A DNA stretch of 64,000 nt, from contig NC_042998.1 of the NCBI RefSeq assembly GCF_006345805.1, positions 26,846,001-26,910,000 on the forward strand, written 5' to 3'. Positions 12,669 through 25,891 of this stretch are shown piece after piece. The position numbers and the translations under genes are program-made. The stretch's first letter is position 1. The number at the start of each line of letters is the position of its first letter. The notes under the pieces were generated by a model. It searched no databases and had not been told where the DNA came from. It worked only from the letters and a program-made list of their open reading frames with translations. Source of the DNA: Octopus sinensis (taxonomy: Eukaryota).

Positions 12669-13059
12669 CATCTAGCACAGCTTTCTCCTCTTATTTCTTT
12701 TTTAGCTTTTACACAAATAGAAAATCAGAGAGGCAATAGAACATAATTTTAATACTAATTTCCTATGCATGCATGTGGGTGTAATTATTATATTGCTTTG
12801 ATAAAAACTCAGAAGTATTAATCTCCATCACAATAATATTAATCTTAACGTAAGTTTTGATTATTGGATAGAGTAAAATTTAGAAAAATTAATACATTAA
12901 TTGATTTTAAGTGATCTAGAAACTAGTAGCTGAGTTCCTTTCAAGTATTGGGCCTCACAGAAGCAAAGTGGCTGAGTTCTTTTCAAGTGTTGGGCTTCAC
13001 AGAGGCAATGACCAAGATGTTTGGCATTATATCGTGCTTGAGAAGAAGACCTTTCAAGC

Positions 13060-13341
13060 CAAGCAAAATCGCAGTCGTGGCAGATATTGGTGTCATGCAA
13101 ATTGGCACCTGTGCCAGTGGCACATAAAAGCACCCCGGTGTCATGCAAATGGCACCCGTGCTGGAGGCACATAAAGCACCCATTACACTCTCAGAGTGGT
13201 TGGTGTTAGGAAGAGCATCCAGCCGTAGAAAATGATGCCAAACCAGACTGGAGTCTGGTGCAGCCTTCCAGCGTGCCAGCCCAGTCAAACCATTCAACCC
13301 ATACCAACATGGACAATGGACATTAAATGATGATGATGATG
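13060..13341 (+). mobile_element. Short copy of the RTE 3' UTR end, (GAT)n tail
   Basis: Reverse-complement homology to 7501-7700 (GAGTGGTTGG.GTTAGGAAG.GCATCCAGC). Confidence 0.85.
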
Positions 13342-13699
13342 AATCTAAAGATACCATTCACTAAAAAGACAACAGGCAAGTTAATAGTGTTAACATATTC
13401 ACTGTGGGGAGCATTAAAACCTAACTAGAAAGAAATATTATGTCTTTGTGATAAGAAAAAATAACGCTAGTCATTGATTTATATCATTATCTTAATCCAG
13501 CAAGTATGGAAGATAATTTAGGATAGATTACAGGACAGTCTTATCATGACCTTATCAGCAAAGCATAGCCTTCATCATTTTGAATTACATAATCTCTAAA
13601 CAAGTCTATTTTCTTCCTCTCACCAATGCACAATTTTGCATATTTATTTAGTAATTCTCTTAACCCTACTTCTTAAAATACAGATAATCATCATCATTG

Positions 13700-14105
13700 T
13701 TCAGCCGTGGTTGAGACAATGGAATTCACTATGCTACATCATAGCATTACGAAGGTCCTGTTGTTGGATGCCTGTATCCCTGGAGATTACATCAGGGTAG
13801 GAGAGTGTGCGCCTTCTGGTATCGCAAGCAGATGGCTTCCAGAGGAGAAGAGTAGAAATTACCTCGTTTTCAGCTCTACAACAATGTCCAGCAAACTGGA
13901 CTCTTCTACCTTTCACAAGAGATGATACAGGTGGTAATTTCCCATATATTTGTACTTTAGTTGGATGATACTTACACGAGAGATTTTGAGCTCTCATAAG
14001 GAGGCGAGTGTAAGTTCCATCTAGCCGCCTCTCAAGCTTCTTTGATAACGTCCAGGTTTCTGAGCCACATAGTAGAATTGGTTCAACTGTGGCTTTGAAG
14101 ATTTT
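13700..14105 (-). mobile_element. RTE/RTEX-type LINE 3' fragment (second family)
   Basis: Frame ...LPPVSSLVKGRRVQFAGHCCRAENEVISTLLLWKP...RRTLSYPDVISRDTG matches the RTE-type C-terminus; ends in ATGATGA. Confidence 0.8.
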
Positions 14106-16094
14106 AAGTTAATAATTCATAATTTAAGTTAATACAGATAAGGTTGATTTGCTGGTGAGGCTATTATAAATCAGAAACATGTCCAGAGTTTTCTCCTGTA
14201 CTTAAACCAAATAAAACCAAATCTGAATATGAACACACTAGCAAAACTTCCAAATAAATTACAATCAAAAATGTTGAAAAGACAAGCGGGTATAGGAAAG
14301 AATCAGTTTTACAATACAAATATTATTCACATGCTATTGTTGTTGTTTTAGCCCCCGGTCAGCCCTGTCTGTGTCAGTGTTTGTTCAAGAGTATTCCAGT
14401 CATGATTATTTCTTCTTTTACTCAACTGAATCTAGGTCTACATTATCTAACATGTCCATTTTTTTTTTTTTAAGACAGTGAGATATGCACCAAGTGAGAT
14501 TTCTTGATTGTTGCCAATGGGTCAGTGAATGTCACAAAATTGAAAATTTGTAATGAAAGAGCAACTTGGTAAAACTTCATCAAAAATACTGCTGACTTGG
14601 TTGTTAACTCTTAATTCATAAATTCAGCAACTGATTAAGTGCTTTGATTAAACAAATGACTCATCAGTATAACTGGATGATGAATGTCTAAGGGAGGAGG
14701 CAACACAAATATGACGTAAAAAAAAAAAAAAATGGTGTTTGAAATTCCTTTGATAAATTACTTAAATTATTACAGGGGACGGAATTGAGTAAAATTCTAG
14801 AAAAGCATTTGATATCTGAAAAATTACTTGACCCCGATGGGAGTTGTATTTTAAGATCTCAACATTATTATTCCATCTTTTATCAAAAAACCATGCAGAG
14901 GTAGAAGAATATTTCATAGAAATGAAGAGATGGTAAACAAAAATATCTAAAAAAAAATAATGATTTAGAGATATGACAACATCGACTGATATTTGCTTCT
15001 GTGTGGCAGTTTGCAAACATTCTTTAATGATGACATAACTGTGATAGAAGTTTATAATAATGCTAGTAATTAAGTAGGATTATTTTCCTAATTATTTGTA
15101 CATGATTATACCAATACAAACGTTACCAAACTGATTGTAAACTGGGTAATGTTTTCTATTTGCATATTCATATCTAAAATTAAATGGAAATTAAACATCC
15201 ATTTGCATAGATTTCCAAAATTAAAAGATGAAGCTAAATTTCCAGCCATTATTCCAAAAATAATAATTATGGTGATGAGAAAATAAATTATTGTCACATG
15301 GAATTATAATTAATTCATAGAAGTAGAAATATTGTTACAGCTTGAATATAACTTTGAAACACTATTTAAACTAAAGGTGGAGCACTTACAGCTTTTGATG
15401 CTCTTAAACGCAGCCTCCTGGAAGAAGTCTGGTTTTGTATGAAAAAAATACATTTTTTGTTGATTGTACAGTGTTATATATATTTGTCATAATTTAAGAA
15501 CATCATAAAAAAATATAAGACAGTATCATTGGTATTCCTAACTTTAATGTTTCATAATTACATTTTCACAATATAATCACATTCTTTCTTTAAAACTCAT
15601 AATAAATGTTCTTCAATGGAAGCTTATTAAAATATACTTACTGTCAATGTGACCTTCAGATTTAAAAAAGAAGAATTCCCCAATTCCTGATCTAAACCTT
15701 TCCTATTGATATAAGGACAAAATAGTCAATAATTTGGAAGGCATCAATCCATTTTCATTTGCTTCAACAACAAAAGCAAAGACAATTTACACAAACACAT
15801 GTAAATTATTTTATACAAACCTAAAATTATTTTGAAGTTTATTTCTTTTATTTCAAAATGTTATGTCTGGTCTTAAATTATTTATAGACAACTTGTATTG
15901 TAAATTTATTTTCAGGATATATTATTATCATTTGATATTTATAATTTTTGTGGTGGTATTGTTTGGACTGGTCTATTGTACAACAAACTATCAATGGTTT
16001 TGGTACTTAGTTATCTCATCCTGATATTTGCCCTCCCCACTTCTGTCTTTGTCATAGACATTACTTAAGTAAAACACTTTTACACACACACACA

Positions 16095-16256
16095 CATACA
16101 ATGGGCTTCCTTCAATTTCCATCTTCCAAATCCACTCACAAGGCTTTGGTTGGCCTGAGACTATAGTAGAAGACACTTGCCCAAAGTCTTACACAGTGGG
16201 ACTGAACCCTGCACCATGTGGTTGGGAAACAAACCTTACCACACAGCCATGCCTGT
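16095..16256 (-). mobile_element. SINE family A, head half
   Basis: Reverse complement of the family A 5' half. Confidence 0.85.
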
Positions 16257-16421
16257 ACCTACTGTATCAACTTACTACTGTATCAACCTCTGAGTCATGT
16301 TTTGCTTTCTCTCTTCATCTTCCATCAGTCTTGGAGAAACTACAAAGGTTTCTCCTTCTCATTTTGCTTCTTTTTTTTTTAATCATAGTTCAAGTGTATG
16401 TCTGTTGCATATACTATACTG

Positions 16422-16797
16422 TGGAGGCACAATGGCTCAGTGGTTAGGGCAGCAGACTGGCAGTCATAGGATCATGGTTTCAATCCCCAGAACGGGCATT
16501 GTGAGTGTTTATTGAGCAAAAACACCTAAAACTCCATAAGACTCTGGTAGGGGATGGTGGCAAACCCTGCTGTACTCTTTCACCACAACTTCCTCTCACT
16601 CTTTCTTCCTGCTTCTGTTGTACCTCTATTTCATACTCTGTTTCATGCTGAATCTCCCTCAGAACTATATAAAGGGTACACGTGTCTGTGGAGTGCTCAG
16701 CCACTTGCACGTTAATTTCACAAGCAGGCTGTTCCGTTGATTGGACCAACTGGAACCCTCGTTGTTGCAACCGACAGAGTGCCACAATACGACACCA
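16422..16797 (+). mobile_element. tRNA-headed SINE, family C
   Basis: A-box TGGCTCAGTGG (16433), B-box-like GGTTTCAATCCC (16466); body differs from families A and B. Confidence 0.75.
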
Positions 16798-17249
16798 TAT
16801 ACAACTTAAATACAAAATACTTTTATTCATCTTCTTTCTTGTCGAGAGAAATTTATATTCTACATATTTCAAAAACATCTGGCCATCTTTTCTAAAAAAA
16901 TGATTCACTTTTGGAAGACAATTCAACAAGCAATCAAACCACAGCAGAACAATTACTTAGAAACAGATCAGTGAGTGTGAAGTATAGTTCAGATATCAAA
17001 GGAACATTTGACAGTTTGACTTTTATACCAAGCTGAAATTCATGGAATATATTCAGGGATTGCAAAGTTACCTTAACAAGAGATCTATCAAATTCTCCCT
17101 TCTAAATCACTTTTCTGATCCATTCCCCATTAACGTGTCAATCTCACACAGCTCAATATTCCACTTACTTTTATTACCAGCTTTAATTCATGTTCTAGTA
17201 AATGCCTATGAATACAAGCTGTGCTTCTTTACTGACAGATACACTGCTT

Positions 17250-17640
17250 ACACCGTTGGGTAAAAGGGAACTGGGTAAATAACCGGACTATAAACATGTA
17301 AGCCATCAAAGTGAAAAACAATTGCTTTTATCAAAGGGAAGAAGTCCATCAGGTCTTGAATTCTACCATGGGAATTGAAGGCTGTGCTGAAGTAACATGA
17401 AAGTCTTGGTAACACCAGACATCAAAATGACATGGGCAAACAATATTTCCACGGTATGCAACAGAAGTGGACAGTACTCAAAGCACAACTTAAAATTTTT
17501 TTAAAACTGGATAAGGAAATAAGGATCACGATCCACAAAGTGCAAGTTTGAAGCATCGAGCAAGAAAGATGTCGATCTTTGATGAATATTTCACATAGTA
17601 TAATCTTGTAATTCAACAGAGTCAAAAAACAAGAAAAAAT
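17250..17640 (+). mobile_element. Ancient CR1/L2-type fragment
   Basis: LVTPDIKMTWANNISTV...IHKVQV loosely resembles the post-RT region; many stops. Confidence 0.3.
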
Positions 17641-19573
17641 TTCAGAAGCATAACAATTAACGAAGCAGATGCTATTAAAATATTTGCAATCAGCAGATTA
17701 TATCACAAGAGACTAAACAAACTAATCAATAGTTAATGGATTAGTTAGCAATAAACAAGTGAACTATGATTAGTATGTTAGTGTTTTATTAGTACATGAT
17801 GCTCCCAAAACACAACAATCTGTTTCAACACCCAGTTTCACATGAGAAATCTTGCAAAAATGAATACAAAATGAAATATCACAAGCTAGCAAAAGACTTA
17901 CAGTTACTGCGGCAAGAACATCAAGTCCACTTCAGGTGAAACTGCAATTCAAAAATAAGAAATACCAAGCTAAAAAATTTTTTGAAATTAAAAAAAAAAG
18001 AAATTTATAGAGAGTTTAACGAACTTGAAAAATAAAAACAATGCACAGACATACACTCATCAACAGTGGCTAACCACAAAACACACACAGGAACACCAGT
18101 TACACACACACACACAGAGTAGCACAACAAATACAAATGATGTTTAACAGCATAAAAATAACAAGATGGAAATCAGTTGCAGAAAGAAGTTGATTGAGAT
18201 GGTTACAGATAGGCGTGACAAAAATTATTTTTAACAAGCCAACAAACTTATCGAAAATTAATGGGGTAGTTAACAATAAAGAAGTGAATTGTAAACAGTG
18301 TGTGTTCATATTGGTTGAATGAACCTCCCAGAGAATAACAATATCTATGAACACATGGCTTCACATTGAAAATCTTGCAAAAATAAAGACAAAATGATAG
18401 ACAGACAGACAGATGAATGGCTAGAAAGAGAAAGAGAGGGGCAATTGTACATGCATGCATGCATCATCATTATTACATCTGCTTTTCAATGTTTTTGAGG
18501 TTGAGTTTTATAGTTGGATGTTCTTTAAGATGCCAACCTTTTTAATGGCCTCTTACAACATGCGACAACATGGTGTATCAATTCTAAAAATTAAGATACA
18601 TATTGTATACATATATACAACACATTTTTATTAATTTCATGATGCATATTAAATTCAGCTAAATGACAGTAATATCAAAGCATTCTCATTGACAAGGCAA
18701 TTAATTTTTCTATTAATGAGTTGTTATAAAATATCAGTGACAGAGGGGTTCATCTAACGAATAAATATTTCAATACAAACATTATGAACTTAAATGATAT
18801 AAGCACTGCAATGACATAAAATTCAGCCGTTATATGATGATGGAGATAACGATGATGTATGCATATGAAAAACTACAACTTACTGTTTAACCAGATTAGA
18901 CAAACAATTGATTAGTTAGTCAGATATTTAACTAATTGACTAATAATAAAGAAGCGGATTTGAACAAGTGCACGTGTGAATAATGTTCGCATAATGACTC
19001 TCCCTAGACACAACGAAATTTGTTTCAACATACAAATTCGCATAAAGCACCTGGTAAACCAGGTACAGAAACGAAGCATAACATTGCATTTAACTCTCTA
19101 TGGCATAATTGCTTCTAAACTGAAATGAAGATAACAGAGAACTTTCCGTAACTTTTTAGAATTTAGATTACTTTGCCAATTGTAATACTTATTTCTTCAC
19201 ACTGTTTTAAATTAATCATGCATTATCATGTTGCTTTGAGATTTCAAAGATGTGATTGTATATTTTCAGAATGACATTGTAGAAGAGATGTGAGAGGCCA
19301 GATATGGCCAGTTTGAACATAAAATGAGTAGAATATTTGGGCCAGATACAGCCCATTTAAATGGTAAACAGTTAAGTTTCCATAATGTCTTTGAGATTCA
19401 TTAATATCTTTTGTCCTTTACTTGTTTCAGTCATTGAACTGTGGCCATGCTAGGGCACTGCTTAAGAAAAGAACCAAGGCTCCAGGAAGATTCAAACCTT
19501 AATCTCCAGTTTACCAAAATTCTGATTTATTATAATTTTATTTTTGTATTATGACAATATTATATATTTAATA

Positions 19574-19785
19574 AAGGTGGCAAGCTGGCAGAATCGTTAG
19601 CATGCCAACAAAAATGCTTAATAGCATTTCATCTGTCTTTTGGTTCTGAGTTCAAATTCTGCAGAAGTTGACTTTGCCTTTCATCCTTACAGGGTCAATA
19701 AAATAAGTACCAGTTGAATACTGAGGTCAATGTAACGGACTTATCCCCCCCAAAAAAATTGTTGGCCACGTGAAACCAATATCAT
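19574..19785 (+). mobile_element. SINE family B
   Basis: GGTGGCAAGCTGGCAGAATCGTTAGCA...TGAGTTCAAATTC...TTTGCCTTTCATCC...AATAAGTACCAGT. Confidence 0.88.
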
Positions 19786-20511
19786 AAATATTTAATATAT
19801 TACAAAATTGGAAAACAAAATCCACAGCTGCCAAGATTAACTAACTTCTTTATTATGAAGATGCCTTCCATGTAACCTTAATTTCAAAAGAAATAATAAA
19901 AGAAAAAAAAATGTAGCTAAAAAGTGATTTTAATCACAAAATGCCTAAAATAAAATATCTTCTCAGCTTGAGAGAGAATTCTAATCAAGATAGTAATCTA
20001 TAGAAACATCAAGAGAAATATTCTTAGCAACAATTATTATACTTGAATTGTGTGTAGTTTAGAGACCAAAGAGTTATATGATAGGATATAATTTAAATTA
20101 CACCATATAACACCAAATCTTTGACAGAAATAGTAAATATATACTAAATTACCAGAAACAAGATATTGTTGTGGCTGTCTGATGGCACCAATGTTTCTTA
20201 TTTGAAGAGATAAAGTAAGACAAATGTACAGAATTCTCTCAGAGAAAAACATGTCAAGATTACACAGGCTCTTTTTAACTTAAATCATTTTTATTTGTTT
20301 TGAATATATTTTTATTTTCTTTGTATTTTTATAGAGAATTGTTGATGTTATTTTTGGACTGAGGAACTTGCCAAAGTTTAATTTTAGAATAAAAATCAGT
20401 GTGCAGAGTAGGTTAAAACAGATTTGCTTGTATGCTCTGATGATTTAATTAAATATTCTATTTATTAAAGACATAATGTCAGTTATTCATACACACACAT
20501 ATATATATATA

Positions 20512-20735
20512 CATCTTTTATCCTTTACTTGTCTCACTCACCAGACTGTGGCCATACTGGGGCACCACCTTGGAAAACTTTTAGTCGAATGAACCAACAC
20601 CAGTACTTATCATTTTCTGAAAGCCTGATACTCGTTCTATCGGTCGCCCCTGCCATACCACCAAGTTACAAGGATGTAAACACACCAACACTGGTTGTCA
20701 AATGCTGGTGAGGGACAAACAGACGCACACACACA
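20512..20735 (-). mobile_element. SINE family A, 3' half
   Basis: Reverse complement of the family A 3' half. Confidence 0.8.
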
Positions 20736-20862
20736 TATGCATGCATGTATGGTGTATTTAAGAATAAAAGTTGGACTGAATTTAATATTAAATTAAACAT
20801 TAAAACAAACTTGACAAACATGTAAAAAATAGTAAATTCCAACAGATTTATGTTTTTAAGTA

Positions 20863-21017
20863 CAGGCATAGCTGTGTGGTAAAAAGCTTACTTCCCAACC
20901 ACATGGTTTCAGGTTCAGTCCCATTGTGTGGCACCTTGGCCAAGTGTATTCTACTATACTCTCAGGCCGAGCAAAGCCATGTGAGTGGATTTGGTAGATG
21001 GAAACTGAAAGAAGCCC

Positions 21018-21051
<34 letters not shown>

Positions 21052-21198
21052 AAATATATAAGTTCTATTTATTATTTTGCACATTACTTAATCATTGTTA
21101 TGTTTTATCTTATATTTAATCTTTCGATAATATGTAATTTTTCTAAATGGTATAATTTAATTTTTCATTGTTGAATTGATAAAAGGTGGTTTTTATCT

Positions 21199-21244
<46 letters not shown>

Positions 21245-21323
21245 TTATATTTGTGAAATTTGATTTAGTATTTCTAAATTGAATTTTCTCCTGTAAGTTT
21301 GGAATAATATTCCCTCATATTAT

Positions 21324-21372
<49 letters not shown>

Positions 21373-21580
21373 TGTGTGTCTGTGTTTGCTGCCCCACATT
21401 GCTTGACAACTGATGTTGGTGTGTTTACGTCCCCATAAGTTAGTGGTTCGGCAAAAGAGACCACTGCAATAAGTACTAGGCTTACAAAGAATAATTCCAG
21501 GGGCTTGATTTGTTCGACTAAAGGCGATGCTCCAACATGACCACAGTCAAATGTTTGAAACAAGTAAAAGAATAAAAGAA
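20863..21580 (+). mobile_element. SINE family A with expanded centre (TA tracts plus inserted AT-rich repeat)
   Basis: Head half 20863-21020 and 3' half 21368-21580 are collinear. Confidence 0.85.
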
Positions 21581-21879
21581 TTTAAAAGGATATTGTGACC
21601 ATTTCCATTATTCTCACAATTCAAAATCGGTTCCATTTTGCTTCATTACAAATACACAATAGTTAATGAGGATATTCTTACAATGGCATTTGTTGCTTTA
21701 TGGAACAATTCCAAAACTTAACATCTCTTTTTTTTTTTTTAGAGTAGCTTAGGAAGGAATGCTCTGTTACATTACAGTTAAAGAACTACAAAATAATCCT
21801 TAAGTAAAAGACTGGCAGTAGCTTCTCATTTAAAATACAACACTTGGTCACATATGATTTGTCTAGAATTACATTCAAC

Positions 21880-22230
21880 TAATACGCATATCTATCAATA
21901 GAAATATACTTCTTAGACTTTGCCAATTTCTTTTATTCTTTCTATGAAAATGTATTCCAATCCTAAAAGTTATACTGATGCTACTCAAAATCAACACAAT
22001 ATACACATGCCAAATACAGGAAATTCTCTTCAAGAATTGCACTGGCACGGCTTTAGGCAACGGTACAACAATGTAATTGATATGGTTAGGTACATCCCTA
22101 TCTTGGAACCATTCAAACATTTCTTACTTAATAAAAACACTTCTGCTGGAATAATCTTGATTCTGGATACAAGAGCATCAAAACCGAATAATCTGTCGTA
22201 ATATATTTTCTCAATATACTTCAACATTTC
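21880..22230 (-). mobile_element. Ancient L2/CR1 3' coding fragment
   Basis: SRIKII...KCLNG and NWQSL resemble RIK.K....KCLNG.AP.YL and WNSLP. Confidence 0.45.
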
Positions 22231-22254
22231 AAACTACATATACTGTTTCACCTT

Positions 22255-22728
22255 TTTATTTGTTTTTATTTGTTTCAGGCCATGCTGGGGCAACACCTTG
22301 AAGGATTTAAGTCAAATGAATTGACCCCAGTGCTTATCATTTTTCAAGCTTGGTACTTAGTCTATCGGTCTCTCTTGTTGAGCTGCTAAGTTATCTGATA
22401 TGTAAACACACCAACTTTGGTTGTCAAGCAATGGTGAGGGACAAGCATACACACACACACATATATAATATATAAATTAGAGATAAAACCACTATTATGC
22501 AACTCAAACAGTGATATACATAAACCAAAACATAAATAACAAATAAAATATATTTTACTCCCTAATATTTTATTTGTTATTTATGTATTGGTTTATGTCT
22601 ATCACTGTTTGAGTTGCATAATAGTGGTTTTATCTCTAATTTATATATTATATATTTATATTGTGAAATTTGATTTAATACTAAATTGAATTTTTCCCTG
22701 TAAGTTTGGAGTTTTACTTCCTATTATT

Positions 22729-22761
<33 letters not shown>

Positions 22762-22922
22762 GACAGGCTTCTTTCAGTTTCTGTTACCAAATGTATTCAC
22801 AAAGCTTAGGGTGGACCAAGGCTATGGTGGAAAACACTTGTCCAAAGTGCCACACAGTAGGACTGAACCTGGAACCACGTGGTTAGGAAGCAACCTTCTT
22901 ACTTATTACACAGCCATGCCTG
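22255..22922 (-). mobile_element. SINE family A with a foldback insertion in its central tract
   Basis: 3' half 22255-22455 and head half 22760-22922 are collinear on the minus strand. Confidence 0.85.
22461..22655. repeat. Foldback inverted repeat, 91-bp arms, 13-nt spacer
   Basis: 22461-22551 versus 22565-22655: two mismatches. Confidence 0.95.
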
Positions 22923-24249
22923 TGCATATGCAATTTGTATGGGTTGAGGGTAATTTACTTAACAAAAATGAAGTTAAAAATATGTAAAAATGCGAAGTTA
23001 AAGATACGTAAATTGGATAATTTTTAAAATGTTGAAAAAGAAGAGCACAAATAAGTTTAGAGATGAAAGACTAAGATGTTTGGTGATAAGCTACTTGGTA
23101 AACATAGCCAACCCACTGTCCGACCTAAACCAGTATGGAAAAACAGACATTAAAATGTTGAATGACGATTGATAATGATTTGATAACGGTATTATTTCTG
23201 ATAGTTGCAATTTTATTTTTCAACCAGTTCAATTAATATTTTGTGTTAAAGGTTAACCTTTCAGATGATAAAAAAAAAATATACTATTATTTATTATTGA
23301 AAATCTATAAAAAAAAATATTGTACTTTTATCTCGTTAGTATAAACAAATTAATCTCTTTGACACGCCTAAGAAATTTAATTTGTTATAGTAACAAAACA
23401 GGTTAATATATAACCTCCAGAGCAAAATACAACTGAAGAAATGTCAAAGCCACTTATTCAGTAATTTAACCAATGAACTCTAGATAATAGGACCAATCCC
23501 AAAAATGATTTCTCTTTTACTTGACTCAATTGAATCAATCAATTTGATGAATTCTGAAATTGTTTTGTTTAAGTGAGGTACAATAGACACACTGTTAAGC
23601 TACTGGCTTACTGATCACTATTGATCAATGCTGGACAATGGTCTTAAGTTCAGGTTTTTTGGGGCTTTTTTTTCTCTCTGCTGTCAATGTTTTGCATGAC
23701 TGAACAGCAAACATGTTCCATTTTTATTTCATCATTGAGTGGTTAGCATGAAGAAGAACAACCAGCAGTAAAATCACTTTTGCTCTCACAAGTAAACCAT
23801 ATCTATCGAGCAAGCCCCCAAAATGAATTTAACATAAAGCTGCAAAATAGTTCATTTTTGAAATTAAAGGGTTTTTTTAGATTGTAGTCAGAACCCCTTA
23901 AATTCTGGGAAAGGAAACTAATTGATTACATTCTCCCGTGTGCTAAACTGGGATTTATTTCATCAACCCCAGAAAGGACCAAAAGCAGAGTAGACCTTGA
24001 GAGAATTGAAACCCAGAATGTAAAAACAGGAGAAATGAGGAGTTTACTTTCAAAACCGGTATAAACACATAGTTGGTTGATTTCATGATAACCATTAAAA
24101 TACAATCTGCAAGCTTCACACACAAGAAATTCTTTTCAGTCAAACTGGGATAAGATGCCATATAGACTGTATGGAGAATCTTAGTCTTCCAATCAAAATC
24201 AGATACATTCAAGTTGTTCAGTTCTATATTTAAGAGATAAGAAATTATG

Positions 24250-24392
24250 TACATTATTTACATTTGATGGATATCTGTTCTCATCTTGTTTGTTATTAAC
24301 ACAACATTTCGGCTGATATACCCTCCAGCCTTCATCAGGTGTCTTGGGGAAATTTCGAACCTGGGTTCTCATTCCTAAGGTATTTTTTGATG

Positions 24393-24424
<32 letters not shown>
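24250..24424 (-). mobile_element. Headless (5'-truncated) copy of the same hammerhead-bearing element
   Basis: Closely matches 51757-51934; homology stops at the (AAT)n tract; no tRNA head visible. Confidence 0.8.
24298..24343 (-). ncRNA. Minimal type I hammerhead ribozyme motif (Penelope-like-element type), probably decayed
   Basis: GACAC-CTGATGA-A-GGCTG-GAGGGTATAT-CAGCC-GAAA-TGTT-GTGTT: stem I GACAC/GTGTT, 5-bp stem II, both core boxes intact, vestigial stem III. Confidence 0.7.
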
Positions 24425-24426
<2 letters not shown>

Positions 24427-24852
24427 TAGGCCAATGGATGAGCTCCTCCCACTTCAGCTAATCTGCTGAAATGGAAATGGCTCATCTATGAGACTAACTG
24501 AAAATATATCTAATCAAACAATTCTTCCAACTTCTATTTAAAGCATTCATTTGAATAATGGTCTCCCCGATCCCACAATGGGTAAAACTACAAATATCCT
24601 TACTCTTACTTCATCAACTCAGGACTAAGAAAGTGAATGGGAAAACATTGATTACTGCAAAATTTGGATTAATTTATGTTCTAACGAGAGAAAAAGAATC
24701 ACATTTTAAAGCTGTGTCTCCAAGTCAAAGAAAACATTTTACTAACTGAGCTCTCTCTCTCTCCCCACCAACCCCCTCAACAAGAGAGCTCTAAACCATC
24801 AAAACCTTCTTCCCCACTTAGTATAAGGACTTAGACAAACAAACTGCACTCT

Positions 24853-25263
24853 TTTACTCTTTTACTTGTTTCAGTCATTTGACTGCGGCCATGCTGGAGC
24901 ACCGCCTTTAATCAAGCAACTCGACCCCGGGACTTATTCTTTTGTAAGCCCAGTACTTATTCTATCGGTCTCTTCTGCCAAACCACTAAGTAACAGGGAC
25001 CTAAACACACCAGCATCGGTTGTCAAGCAATGCTAGGGGGACAAACACAGACACACAAACACACACACGCATATATATATATATATATATATACATATAT
25101 ACGACGGGCTTCTTTTCAGTTTCCGTCTACCAAATCCACTCACAAGGCTTTGGTCAGCCTGAGGCTAGAGTAAAAGACACTTGCCCAAGGTTCCACGCAG
25201 TGGGACTGAACCCGGAACCATGTGGTTGGTAAACAAGCGACTTACCACACAGCCACTCCTGCG
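24853..25263 (-). mobile_element. SINE family A, full length
   Basis: Complete reverse-complement copy. Confidence 0.92.
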
Positions 25264-25891
25264 CCTATGTTTTTACCAACAGAGGCCACCCACCAGTTTC
25301 TTAGGGCAGTGTTTCTTTACCTGTGTTATGTACTGGAAGGCGGTTAGTTTGTTTGGCATACAACCATTTCTGGCTCACAACAAAATCAATATTAGAATTG
25401 AAGGGAGTTTAGTTAATTGGAGTGACTCAATGTACAACTGGTATTCTTTACACGACAAAAGGGGCAAAGTTTATTTTACTGAGATTTTATTACAGAACAT
25501 TATGAGTGAGACTAAACTGAGTGCAGCACTCCATTCTGTGTGCTATTCCAATGTGTACAAAGTTGGTCAAAAATTGTTTTATTAATACCATAAAACAAAT
25601 CAGTATCACCGTGGAAAGAAATATTTTACAGTATGAAAATACTGAAGGTAAGGCTCCAGCATAGCCTGTTTTGGCTAAAACAGACTGAAGATCTAAATGT
25701 TAATAACATGTTGAATTCAACAAGGTGACAAAGCATACAAGGAAGCCAAGTGAACAAGTTTCTATATACTGAACAACCAAAAAGGTCATACTGACCTTAT
25801 ATAATTACCAAACCTAAAATACATCAGTTTTAATTCATAGTTGATTTATTGGTTACTTATAATTTTAGAGGGAATAATAATATCCACCATT

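Noticed and set aside
16422-16490. tRNA gene candidates at SINE heads
   Set aside because: A and B boxes are present but there is no full cloverleaf, and each continues into a SINE body.
21920-22201. Plus-strand ORF containing LHWHGFRQRYNNVIDMV, resembling the multicopper oxidase HWHG motif
   Set aside because: No splice sites and no other copper-binding motifs downstream; the opposite strand fits a decayed L2/CR1 C-terminus, so a chance antisense match is more likely.
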